From IMG/VR virus record IMGVR_UViG_3300044580_000104, positions 1-43,741 of that record: a stretch of 43,741 nucleotides of DNA, one strand, 5' to 3'. Under the pieces are notes generated by a model. That model was not told the DNA's origin, did no database searches, and saw only the letters and a list, made by a program, of their open reading frames with translations. Source of the DNA: a virus (lineage: Duplodnaviria > Caudoviricetes). Shown here piece by piece: positions 15,250-23,982 of the stretch (the first letter of the stretch is position 1; each line of letters starts with the position of its first letter). The position numbers and the translations under genes were made by a program.

Positions 15250-15468
15250 ATGGCACACAAGCCCCTATTCCTGAACCATGCGGAAGTTGACATCTACTGC
15301 CCGGACTGCCAGGCAGAAGGACGCGGCGCGGTCAAGCTGGTGGTCAAGACGGCCCACGCAACCGGTAACCAGTTCCTGGGGTGTCCGCGCTGGCCGGAGT
15401 GTGGTCACATGCGACCGATACCGGAAACCATGCGGATGCAGGCCCAGGGCCAACCGAGTCTGTTTTGA
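15250..15468 (+). CDS. Topoisomerase-type C4 zinc-ribbon protein with C-terminal QPSLF
   Basis: CPDC...LVVKT..TGNQFLGCPRWPEC; start MAHKPLF. Confidence 0.75.
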   Translation: MAHKPLFLNHAEVDIYCPDCQAEGRGAVKLVVKTAHATGNQFLGCPRWPECGHMRPIPETMRMQAQGQPSLF

Positions 15469-15576
15469 CCATGAGAATTTTCATCCGGTTTGTTCAATGG
15501 TTTTTCTGTAAGATCGGCGGCCCGATCAATTCTCCATCTCTTGATGGTCGCTGCGTTTACTGCAAAAAGCACCACG

Positions 15577-15601
15577 GCCCCCGCTGATCCGGGGGCTTTT
15601 T
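15577..15601 (+). terminator. Intrinsic terminator
   Basis: GCCCCCG-CTGATC-CGGGGGC-TTTTT. Confidence 0.85.
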
Positions 15602-15633
15602 GGTGTCAAAGTGGCCCTGGCGTTTGTTTAATA
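15602..15633 (+). promoter_or_regulatory. Phage-specific promoter copy 5
   Basis: GGTGTC 15602-15607, N11, GGCGTTTGTT 15619-15628, TAATA. Confidence 0.8.
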
Positions 15634-15648
15634 ACTACGAGGTGAAAC

Positions 15649-16131
15649 ATGGAGATCCACACAAGCGGTTACCACCCAAAGATCGACCGAATGATGCGCG
15701 GCATGGAGCTGCGTCAAAAAATAAAAGATGAACGCTGGAAAAACATCCGACGCCAGCAAATGGTCGCATGGTACTGGAACGGTAGGGAAGCCCTGGCCAT
15801 GATGGCCTTGATGCACATCGACAAGGGCTGGGAAGCCTGGTACGACGACAACAACAACGTGCCAGAAACCGGCAGCTCTCAGGAGCGCACCATGCTGATC
15901 GAGCGCCGCATCCAAGCGTTGATCCCGGAGTACAAGCCCGCTGTGGCCAAGCTGCACCGCGGTGTGTTCGTGTGGACAGAGCGTTATCAGTACGGAAACT
16001 ACGGCAGCGCCTGTTTGATCGATGACTACCGCCTGGTGCACGACTTCGATAATGCGGCAGCCGCTCACACGTTCATTGATCGCCTCGAATCCTGGCAGAT
16101 CGTGTCAGGCACATTCAAAGACAAGGAGTGA
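15649..16131 (+). CDS. Hypothetical protein
   Basis: GAGGTG RBS right after promoter. Confidence 0.7.
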   Translation: MEIHTSGYHPKIDRMMRGMELRQKIKDERWKNIRRQQMVAWYWNGREALAMMALMHIDKGWEAWYDDNNNVPETGSSQERTMLIERRIQALIPEYKPAVAKLHRGVFVWTERYQYGNYGSACLIDDYRLVHDFDNAAAAHTFIDRLESWQIVSGTFKDKE

Positions 16132-16134
16132 GGT

Positions 16135-16842
16135 ATGGGAGAAGTAAAGAAAATTGCGATCCATAAGGGTGTGTCCTCAGAACTGGCCGATCTTATCCAG
16201 CAGGGATACGATGACCTGATTGCCGCAAAAGAAAAGGCAAAAAAGGAACGCGAAGGCAAAAAACTGAACGAAGAGAAAATGGCTGTTGATTCCGAAAGAA
16301 TGGCCATTGAGCTGCTCCCGGAGCCAATGCGTCCGTATGCAAAGCTGGAATACCAGAACGGTGGAAATCGCGTAGTTATCCAGATTCCCGGATGCGCGGT
16401 GATCAGCCGGAAAGTGTGGGTGGAGAAAGCCTACATTGATGGCCAGGAAAAAGTAATAAAAGCACACTGGATGACGGCCGGAGATAATATCGACTTCCGA
16501 ATCTCGCAGTATACCGCAGACGAAGGCGAGGTACACCTCCACGATATTGGCTTCGGAGATTTATCGAACGACCCGCTGCGTGCTCTTGCTCTTGCTGCGG
16601 AATTCGGCGACACGAAAGAGAAAGCCGAAGCCGATGCTGAAAAGCAACGCGCGGATATAAAAGCCTGCGAGATGAGAGCCGCGAAAACTCCCAAGCGAGA
16701 TGAATACAGCGACCGCATGTTTTGCCCGTTCAACGGTGGCCAGTCAGGAAATGCAGTCTGCGACCGCGAGAAATGCGCCCTGTGGGTTCCTCTGACCAAT
16801 CAAAGCGGTGGCTGCGGAATTCTGTTTATCGGTCAACCCTAA
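16135..16842 (+). CDS. Hypothetical protein with coiled coils and C-terminal Cys cluster
   Basis: AGGAG RBS; CPF...C..EKCALW...C tail. Confidence 0.7.
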   Translation: MGEVKKIAIHKGVSSELADLIQQGYDDLIAAKEKAKKEREGKKLNEEKMAVDSERMAIELLPEPMRPYAKLEYQNGGNRVVIQIPGCAVISRKVWVEKAYIDGQEKVIKAHWMTAGDNIDFRISQYTADEGEVHLHDIGFGDLSNDPLRALALAAEFGDTKEKAEADAEKQRADIKACEMRAAKTPKRDEYSDRMFCPFNGGQSGNAVCDREKCALWVPLTNQSGGCGILFIGQP

Positions 16843-16871
16843 GCGGGTATTTATTTTCAGGAGGATCAGAT

Positions 16872-17336
16872 ATGCCAAAAGTGTACGTAGCACGCAGAAC
16901 CTGCGGCTGTATCTCAGCCGCGTTCCCGATGACAATGGATCGGGACCAAAAAGCCGAGCTGCTCAAGCAGTTCGCAAAAGCCGGGTACGACATCGACCAG
17001 GCCGAAGAGGAAGAGGTCAAATACCGCTTCAACACGGCCTGTTCCTGCAACCGGTCCACCCAGCCATCTCTGCTCGACTTCGCTCCGGATGAAGGCGCGG
17101 ACGAAGAGGACGTAAACGCCGCGGCCACCGAGGACTTGACCCCGGACGGGAATGCTGACGAGCTGCTCGAGCAGACCGACCCGGACGTCACCCTGGAATC
17201 CGCACATGGCACCGGCGAGAGCATCGATGATGCCCCTGTCGCAGAAACCGGCGACGTTGTCGCGGAAGGCGACGATCAGGCAGATGCAGCGTTCCAGGAA
17301 GCCCATGCTGCCGTACCGGAAACCGATCCATTCTAG
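16872..17336 (+). CDS. Hypothetical protein: Cys-containing N-domain plus very acidic tail ending DPF (start MPKVYV)
   Basis: AGGAGG RBS; CGC and CSC; QPSLLDF; D/E-rich C-terminal half. Confidence 0.7.
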   Translation: MPKVYVARRTCGCISAAFPMTMDRDQKAELLKQFAKAGYDIDQAEEEEVKYRFNTACSCNRSTQPSLLDFAPDEGADEEDVNAAATEDLTPDGNADELLEQTDPDVTLESAHGTGESIDDAPVAETGDVVAEGDDQADAAFQEAHAAVPETDPF

Positions 17337-17351
17337 CCAGGAGCCAAGACA

Positions 17352-17849
17352 ATGAGCGAAAACCCAGTCAAATTACAGGAAGCCCTGCAGCACCTGGCCA
17401 AGCTACGTAAGGAAGAAGAGCACCTCCTTGCTCAGTACGAGGCGTGTAACCAGAACGTGATCCGGACGCCAGAGTGGATCGCCATGCAGGAAATCAACGA
17501 GCAGCGAAGCGCAAAAAAGCACGACATCGAAATCCTCGTTGACGGCATCAAGCAGGCTGCGCTCGCTGAATACCAGGCAACCAAGCAAAAAGATCCGATC
17601 ACCGGCATTACGGTGAAGATCTACAAGGTGATCAAGTACGATGCGGAGAAGGCTGAAGCCTGGGCAAAAGAAAAGATGCCGGAGATGCTCGTTCTCGATG
17701 AAAAAGCCTTTGAGAAGTACGCGAAGGCTGTCGCCGATGTCGCCCCGGTCCCCTGTGTCGAGTACCTCGATGATCCACGCCCGCAGATCGCCTCAGACCT
17801 CAGCGATTATCTCCCCCAGGAGCCAACCAGTGAAGAAGAACCGTTCTAG
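17352..17849 (+). CDS. Coiled-coil phage protein, Mu Gam/Gp157-like (tentative), ending EEEPF
   Basis: N-terminal coiled coil then GITVK...YDAEKAEAWAKE...LDEKAFEK pattern. Confidence 0.5.
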   Translation: MSENPVKLQEALQHLAKLRKEEEHLLAQYEACNQNVIRTPEWIAMQEINEQRSAKKHDIEILVDGIKQAALAEYQATKQKDPITGITVKIYKVIKYDAEKAEAWAKEKMPEMLVLDEKAFEKYAKAVADVAPVPCVEYLDDPRPQIASDLSDYLPQEPTSEEEPF

Positions 17850-18045
17850 GCTCAACGTCAAGCGCTACCTGAACAAGAACCACATCCCGCACCAGCGCAT
17901 CATCAACGCCGAGGGTAGGCGTGTCTGGTTGATCGGAAAGCAGGAATTCCCCTCTCTCGCCGCCTTCGCTTCCACCTTCGACGCCAAAGCCACCACTCCA
18001 GAAGAGAAATCGGAGAATGAAGCGAAATTCAGTGCAACTGCTTGA
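17830..18045 (+). CDS. Small hypothetical protein (GTG start)
   Basis: AGGAG RBS 17818-17822; 3' part of track ORF 17641..18045. Confidence 0.5.
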   Translation: MKKNRSRLNVKRYLNKNHIPHQRIINAEGRRVWLIGKQEFPSLAAFASTFDAKATTPEEKSENEAKFSATA

Positions 18046-18205
18046 AACTAAGCCGTTGAGCGAGAGTGAATCTGTACGGGCAGCCTGCGACTGGTACGAG
18101 GTAAACCAGGCCCATTACAGCCCACAAGAAGTGGCGGAGTTGTTCGGAATAGACTGGCGAAAACTTGATGATGAAATTCGCCGGCGAAAATCCAATGGCA
18201 AGTAA
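18017..18205 (+). CDS. Small HTH-like protein
   Basis: YSPQEVAELFGIDWRKL. Confidence 0.55.
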   Translation: MKRNSVQLLETKPLSESESVRAACDWYEVNQAHYSPQEVAELFGIDWRKLDDEIRRRKSNGK

Positions 18206-18218
18206 ACAATAACCGGTC

Positions 18219-18250
18219 GGTGTCCAAACCCGACCGGCGTTTGTTTAATA
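18219..18250 (+). promoter_or_regulatory. Phage-specific promoter copy 6 (overlapped by inverted repeat CCGGTCGG/CCGACCGG, 18213-18237)
   Basis: GGTGTC 18219-18224, N11, GGCGTTTGTT 18236-18245, TAATA. Confidence 0.8.
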
Positions 18251-18268
18251 TACAGGAGAATTTCACCT

Positions 18269-19177
18269 ATGCCAAAAATCTCATTTATCGATCACTCATT
18301 CTCGGCAGCCAGCCTTGACCTCCTGCACACGACTGACCACATCATGGTCGAGTACGCCAAGCAGGGATACCGGCTGACCCTGCGCCAGCTGTACTACCAG
18401 ATGATCGCCCGCGACCTGTTTCCTGAATCCTGGCGCGATCCACAGACCGGAACCAAGAACAACATCCGCAACTATAAACGCTTCGGTGACCTTGTGAATA
18501 ATGGCCGCCTGTCCGGGTATCTGGACTGGGATTACATCGAGGATCGAGCACGAGAGACCGTTTTCCCAGCCTACTGGGATTCGCCCTCTGACATCGTTGT
18601 TGCCTGTGTCCAGCAGTTCCGCTTCGATAAGTGGAAGGATCAGGAATGCCACATCGAGGTCATGGCCGAGAAGGACGCCGTCTCCGGTATCCTGACCCCG
18701 GTCTGCCGCGAGCTGCAGGTGCGCTTCACCGCCAACCGCGGATATGCTTCTTCCAGCCTGTTCTACGAGGTTAGCCAGCGTCTTACCAACGCCATCAAGA
18801 TCGGCAAGGATGTCGTGATCCTGTACCTGGGCGACCATGACCCGTCCGGTATCGATATGACCCGCGACATCATCGACCGCATGGAAATGTTCACCCGTAC
18901 CGGCATCGAAGTGCGCCGCCTTGCCCTGAACATGGACCAGGTAAACCTGTGGAATCCACCGGAAAACCCGGCGAAGGACACCGACAGCCGCTTCGCTGCG
19001 TACCGGAGTGAGTACGGTGACAGCAGCTGGGAGCTGGACGCCATCGAGCCGAATGAGCTGGCCGCCCTGGTGCGTAAAGAGGTGAAATCCATGCGAGACG
19101 ACGATCTGTGGGAAGAAGCGGTCGAGCGCGAGGACGAAGCAAAGGCCAAGTTGCGCGAGATCGCTGACAGCCTGTAA
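18269..19177 (+). CDS. Toprim-domain protein of Topo VI-A/Spo11/DUF2399-like type
   Basis: LTLRQLYY (winged-helix Tyr), EVMAEKDA, YLGDHDPSG..M, RRLALN, WELDA. Confidence 0.75.
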   Translation: MPKISFIDHSFSAASLDLLHTTDHIMVEYAKQGYRLTLRQLYYQMIARDLFPESWRDPQTGTKNNIRNYKRFGDLVNNGRLSGYLDWDYIEDRARETVFPAYWDSPSDIVVACVQQFRFDKWKDQECHIEVMAEKDAVSGILTPVCRELQVRFTANRGYASSSLFYEVSQRLTNAIKIGKDVVILYLGDHDPSGIDMTRDIIDRMEMFTRTGIEVRRLALNMDQVNLWNPPENPAKDTDSRFAAYRSEYGDSSWELDAIEPNELAALVRKEVKSMRDDDLWEEAVEREDEAKAKLREIADSL

Positions 19178-19194
19178 TTCAAGGTGAATCGATA

Positions 19195-19992
19195 ATGTCC
19201 ACTCTTGATACCGATGTGATCAAACGAGAGGCCATTCCTGGAATGGTTGAGGCGTATAACACAGCTTGCAGCGAGGTAGATCAGGCGTTTGCCTTATTTG
19301 CGTCAGCTAGGGCGAGGTTGAATGCTGCTTTTGGTCACGATACTGATTTCGATCCAATCTATAAACTGCGCTACCACTCTTCACCTGACGAAATGAAAAA
19401 AGACATCAGGAAAACAGCCTGGCGTGCATTTCTGGATCGGCTTGAAATCAGAAAGTTTATGTCCATCAAAGACCTGGACAAGCTGGACAAACAACTGGAC
19501 ACGAACACGATCCCGGAGATCACCCTGGAAGCACTCATTGAAATACAAACCGGGATGATCAATTCTGCTCCGGAGTATGCAAAGAAAATGGCCATCGAGG
19601 CGTTTGAAATCTTGATGCCTGGAACGTCAGAACGCAACCCATACAAGACCAACAAAAAGAACGCGCGCCGTAAGTTGGGTAAGAAAGTTATCTTGTCCTG
19701 GTTTGTTGAAGTCTCGTGTGGCAGATACATGGTGAACCATTACCACGACAAACAGTTGATGTGCGTCGATAAAGTCTTTCATACCCTGGATGGTAAAGGC
19801 GTGCCGCGAGGTTATAACACCCCACTGGTGGATGCGATCAACACGACACAAGTAGAAATCGGGAAAGGTGAGACTGATTATTTCAAATTCTGGTGTTATC
19901 GGAACAACAATTTACACCTGGAATTCAAGCGTCTCGATCTCGTTCAGAAACTGAACCGGGTTGCAGGGAATAATTCACAAATTGGAGATTAG
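19195..19992 (+). CDS. DUF4942-like domain protein (stand-alone)
   Basis: YKTN...LGKKVIL, GETDYFKF.CYRNNNLHLEFKRLDLVQKLN. Confidence 0.7.
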   Translation: MSTLDTDVIKREAIPGMVEAYNTACSEVDQAFALFASARARLNAAFGHDTDFDPIYKLRYHSSPDEMKKDIRKTAWRAFLDRLEIRKFMSIKDLDKLDKQLDTNTIPEITLEALIEIQTGMINSAPEYAKKMAIEAFEILMPGTSERNPYKTNKKNARRKLGKKVILSWFVEVSCGRYMVNHYHDKQLMCVDKVFHTLDGKGVPRGYNTPLVDAINTTQVEIGKGETDYFKFWCYRNNNLHLEFKRLDLVQKLNRVAGNNSQIGD

Positions 19993-20001
19993 GAGTGACC
20001 T

Positions 20002-20169
20002 ATGAAGTGTGCAAAATGCGGAAAGCCAACCAGTGAGTTCAAGATGATACTGTGGACCCGCGGCCCGAACGGGAACCGGCGCTACGCGATCTGCCCGAAG
20101 TGTGAACCGGCTGTCGAAGCCGACAATAACAAGGACAAGAAGCCGTACGATGTTCAAATTCGACAATAA
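20002..20169 (+). CDS. Small zinc-ribbon protein (55 aa)
   Basis: AGGAG RBS; MKCAKCGK...ICPKC; not in track. Confidence 0.65.
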   Translation: MKCAKCGKPTSEFKMILWTRGPNGNRRYAICPKCEPAVEADNNKDKKPYDVQIRQ

Positions 20170-20320
20170 AGACTTATTGACAATCATTACCCTGTGCAAC
20201 GAGCTGATCAGCCACGGGGTAACAGTTGTCAATAACATCCCCGCGAAGGAGCTGCGGGATATCGCCAGTGAGTTATTGGAGCGTCGAGAGAAGGAAAAGG
20301 AGAGCAAAAATAATGGTTGA
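20150..20320 (+). CDS. Small hypothetical protein (start MFKFDN)
   Basis: Fills gap before parB, overlapping both neighbours. Confidence 0.5.
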   Translation: MFKFDNKDLLTIITLCNELISHGVTVVNNIPAKELRDIASELLERREKEKESKNNG

Positions 20321-21236
20321 TCAAGTTGAAGAATTGGTTTTACAAGTCGCTGAAGGCCAGCAGGTGGCCATGATCCCGGTACATTTGATCTTCCCGAACC
20401 CGGATCAACCGCGTAAAAACTTTGACGAGGAGAGCCTGCAAAGCCTGGCTGACTCGGTCAAAGAGCACGGCGTATTACAGGCGATCACCGTCCGTGGTCC
20501 GTTCCCGGACGATGGGCATTACTGGCTGATCGCCGGTGAGCGCCGTCTGCGAGCCGCAAAGATGGCCGGGCTTGCAACCATCCCAGCAGTGATCAGAGCT
20601 GCGGATGAAGAGACCAACACATCCGAGAGCCTTGAGCTAGCCATGATCGAGAACTTGCAGCGCGAGGATATGTCACCGGCAGATGAAGGCAACTCCTACA
20701 AGCGCCTGCGTGAAGAGTGTGGATACACCGTGAACCATATTTGCAGGCTGGTAAACCGGTCAGTGGCAACGGTGAACGCAAAGCTGGCAATCGCAAATAT
20801 GGAACCGGAGATCCAAAGGTACTACGTCCGCGGCGGGCTTCCCAGTGATTACGTTGCCGTTCGAGCTATCGCCAACCTTCCGGATGATAAGCGGGTCAAG
20901 GTAGCTTGCAGTCTTGGAGCCAGGAACGCATCCAGAGGAGCTGTGCTCCGGGTATGCGCGACCATCATGCGCGGGTTCAGCGACCAGAAAGCCCACGTCA
21001 AAAGGAGACCATCTGCATCCCCCAGCGTGTCCTATGTCGATAAGCCGGATAATCGGCTGTACGCCGTGTTGAAGAAACAGGGTGTTGTTCCTGAGTGGAA
21101 CATGCTCGAAGCTGCGGCAAGGGAAACCTGCGTGAACTGCGCGATTGCAGATACCGCGACCGATTCCATCTGTTCAGAGTGCCCGGCTACCGAGCTGGTG
21201 AAACGTCTTTGCAAGAAAATCACGGAGGTGAACTAG
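20313..21236 (+). CDS. parB: ParB/Spo0J-like protein with C-terminal Cys4 motif
   Basis: PNPDQPRKNF...LADSVKEHGVLQAI..LIAGERRLRAA...IENLQREDMSP; start ATG 20313 after AAGGAG. Confidence 0.88.
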   Translation: MVDQVEELVLQVAEGQQVAMIPVHLIFPNPDQPRKNFDEESLQSLADSVKEHGVLQAITVRGPFPDDGHYWLIAGERRLRAAKMAGLATIPAVIRAADEETNTSESLELAMIENLQREDMSPADEGNSYKRLREECGYTVNHICRLVNRSVATVNAKLAIANMEPEIQRYYVRGGLPSDYVAVRAIANLPDDKRVKVACSLGARNASRGAVLRVCATIMRGFSDQKAHVKRRPSASPSVSYVDKPDNRLYAVLKKQGVVPEWNMLEAAARETCVNCAIADTATDSICSECPATELVKRLCKKITEVN

Positions 21237-21898
21237 TGTTACCCGGAATTGATGTAAGCCATTATCAAGAAATGATCGACTGGAAGAAGGTAAAGGCCAG
21301 CGGCGTCAAGTTTGCCATTATCAAGGCCAGCGAAGGGATCGAATATGTTGATCCTCTGTTTGAAGACAATTTCAGGGGATGTATCGATAACGGTATCGTG
21401 CCAGGAGTGTCGCATTTTTATTTACCGCGCTACGATCCCGTTGATCAGGCAAAGCATTACTGGAATACGATCCGCGACGTCGCCAAAGGCCATAACTATC
21501 TGCCTCCTGCAAATGATCTGGAAACTGCTGGAATAACAAAATCACAGATGAATGACGATATGTCAAAATTCATGCAGGCCACGAAAGAGTACGATGGACG
21601 CCCTGGAATATTCGGCACGTCACCGGGATTTTTTACCACATACTTGCCAGTACCAGTGCTCAGTCAGTACCGTCTATCAATCTCACAGGTGGATTGGATT
21701 TCAGAATATCCTCTGTGGATTTTCCACTATACCACCGGCTGGCCGACTCAAATTTACCCGTGGGCCGGTTGGACCTTCTGGCAGTATTCCAGCGCCGGAA
21801 AGGTTAGCGGTATCCGCACCCGGGTTGATCTGGACTACTTCAACGGCAGCGAAATCGACCTGCGTGAGATGGCCGCGACAATAAGGATCAGTGGGTAG
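21236..21898 (+). CDS. GH25 muramidase (lysozyme M1-like)
   Basis: GIDVSHYQ..IDWKKVK..GVKFAIIKASEG...DLE...WQYSS.GKV.GI...VDLD; GTG start after GGAGG. Confidence 0.9.
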   Translation: MLPGIDVSHYQEMIDWKKVKASGVKFAIIKASEGIEYVDPLFEDNFRGCIDNGIVPGVSHFYLPRYDPVDQAKHYWNTIRDVAKGHNYLPPANDLETAGITKSQMNDDMSKFMQATKEYDGRPGIFGTSPGFFTTYLPVPVLSQYRLSISQVDWISEYPLWIFHYTTGWPTQIYPWAGWTFWQYSSAGKVSGIRTRVDLDYFNGSEIDLREMAATIRISG

Positions 21899-22026
21899 GA
21901 TTTGATCGCCCAATTACGAAGGAGATAAAAAGGGATTAGTGGTATGATTGAGGAAGTATCTGTCACACATTGCGCGGGATTGATCTGTGATAGATATAAC
22001 TCATCGACCTAGTTGCCTAAATAACT

Positions 22027-22353
22027 ATGAACAATCCATTTGCATTTATCGCGCTGTTTATACTTCTCCTTGTCGTGATCGCGATCTCGGTTATTGAAGC
22101 CGCTGTAAAGCACAGGCAATATGTTACCGGCTCCAGGAAATACTGCCAATGCGGGAAGGAATTGGCGAGGGAGAACGTGCCGACAAATTACAATCCAATT
22201 ACCGGCGAGCCGAGATCAATTATCCATGTCGTAAAATGCCCTGATTATAAAAATTGGATCACGGGTTTGAGTATCCTGAACGATGACGGTACCAAAGTTG
22301 AGCACAATAATGGCCATGATTACTACACTTGGACAGAAAGATTGAAGCGCTGA
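22027..22353 (+). CDS. Membrane-anchored hypothetical protein (moron-like)
   Basis: N-terminal TM helix, CQC..C; upstream TGgTATGAT at 21939-21947; followed by terminator. Confidence 0.6.
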   Translation: MNNPFAFIALFILLLVVIAISVIEAAVKHRQYVTGSRKYCQCGKELARENVPTNYNPITGEPRSIIHVVKCPDYKNWITGLSILNDDGTKVEHNNGHDYYTWTERLKR

Positions 22354-22368
22354 ACATTCGATTTTCAC

Positions 22369-22396
22369 AAACCCCTGCTTTTGCAGGGGTTTTCTT
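22369..22396. terminator. Bidirectional terminator between early and late arms
   Basis: AAACCCCTGC-TTTT-GCAGGGGTTT. Confidence 0.8.
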
Positions 22397-22549
22397 ATAC
22401 CGAAAACCTGTTCTACAATACCCGAATTTGCCCACAGGATGGCAAAATCGGGGCCTTACAGCCAAAATAGGTATAAATAACCCCCTGCGTGAGGAGAAAG
22501 AAGCCGCAGGGGGTGTTCGCAACCAGAGCGCAGGAGTCGCCCCAGTGTG

Positions 22550-23914
22550 CTACCGTTTGGGAATTGCTGTAAACTGGCTCTTGAGTCCATACTCCGAGTG
22601 CCACATGAATCCTTCCGCAGCTTGGAGGGCGCCAACATACCCGCCGTCGAACGTCCAGGCGTCAATTGGTACCAGTGAACGCAGCTCGCGTACGAGCACA
22701 CCCATGTGCTCGTCTGTTAGTTTCCGCTGGGATTCTTCCTTGTGATGGACATGACCCGTGTGGAATTCTCTGAACTTGGATGCAGCCCACAGATCAGGAA
22801 CTTCGACCGGCATCAAGGATTGAAGAAAGCCGCGCTTCTCATCCTTACCGTGACTGAACCCGATCAGGCACTTACCGTACGCATAATACTTGCGCTTCAC
22901 AGCCCGGTTGTCGATGTGCACCCGGTCGTTATTGTGGTAATACAACTCCAAACCATCACCGAGGTAGAAAATGCGCTCCTCGTCGTGGTTACCCGGAATG
23001 ATCAGCACGTCCACCGGTGCGATGGAAGCACACGCGTCGATAATGTCCGTCGCGAGCATCCGACCGGCCCGGTATGTTTTCTGCCAGCGAGTATCTTCCT
23101 GCTGCCGGGTGCCGTGGCTGGTAGTACCCTCTTTGTTGTTTGCGTTATAAAAATCGTTACCGAAGGGCAGCAGTATTTTGTTTATCTTGAATATCTGTGA
23201 GTAAGACAGCAGCTCAGTGATCACCTGCATGGCCATCTCGCGCGCGATCTTCAGGTCGTAATTCTCTCCGGTCTCTTCTGCCCACGTCTGGCGGCCATAA
23301 TGCAGATCGGGCATTGCCACTTCGTATAGCAGGCCATCCGGATACTGCTTGAATTTCAGCTTTGGGTATCTGGGTGCTGCGGCCTTTGCGTCATCGATGA
23401 TGTCCTGAATTGCCAGCCGGATGCGTATCTCATCAGTCTTGCGCTTGAACCGGACACGAATGTGGTACATGGGTACGACCAGCATCTCACCGCTATCTTC
23501 CACATCGCCACTGGTGACCCTGCCATCTTCCACATGCCAGGATACTTTTCGATCTTTCCGGTACCCTTCGGAAGTGTGGATCTCAAAACTATCTACCATC
23601 CAGCGGGTCATGTCGATATTGCACTCGTTTATCACGTCGTCTTTTGTCATCATGCGCCTGCTCGCGCAAACGACGTTGATAAAATCCTCGCTCTCTTTAT
23701 AGGTGGTGCTTTCCTCACCAGGCCCCGGATCAGTATCTACTCCTGCGTTCCGGTTCAACCCAAGCTGAGTCAGCTTCATGCGGATTGCATCGAAGCCGAT
23801 ACCGATGATCTTTGAATACGCTTTTGAAAAATCTGATTTATTCAACTCTGAGTCGTACCACGCCGACTTCAGCTCCTTGATTTCACCCTCCGTCCACCTA
23901 TGCCCGTTGTTCAC
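22550..23914 (-). CDS. Calcineurin-like metallophosphoesterase with N-terminal HTH-like region
   Basis: DLHYG, GND, GNHD, FSHG, GHVH motifs. Confidence 0.85.
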   Translation of the reverse strand: MNNGHRWTEGEIKELKSAWYDSELNKSDFSKAYSKIIGIGFDAIRMKLTQLGLNRNAGVDTDPGPGEESTTYKESEDFINVVCASRRMMTKDDVINECNIDMTRWMVDSFEIHTSEGYRKDRKVSWHVEDGRVTSGDVEDSGEMLVVPMYHIRVRFKRKTDEIRIRLAIQDIIDDAKAAAPRYPKLKFKQYPDGLLYEVAMPDLHYGRQTWAEETGENYDLKIAREMAMQVITELLSYSQIFKINKILLPFGNDFYNANNKEGTTSHGTRQQEDTRWQKTYRAGRMLATDIIDACASIAPVDVLIIPGNHDEERIFYLGDGLELYYHNNDRVHIDNRAVKRKYYAYGKCLIGFSHGKDEKRGFLQSLMPVEVPDLWAASKFREFHTGHVHHKEESQRKLTDEHMGVLVRELRSLVPIDAWTFDGGYVGALQAAEGFMWHSEYGLKSQFTAIPKR

Positions 23915-23982
23915 ATGATCCTCGCTTCAGAGTGCCCCGGAGTTCATCGCTCCGGGGCTGGTAACCGATATTGTTTGCGTGG

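Noticed and set aside
20313-21236. Complete parABS partition system
   Set aside because: No ParA ATPase and no canonical parS palindrome were noticed in the window.
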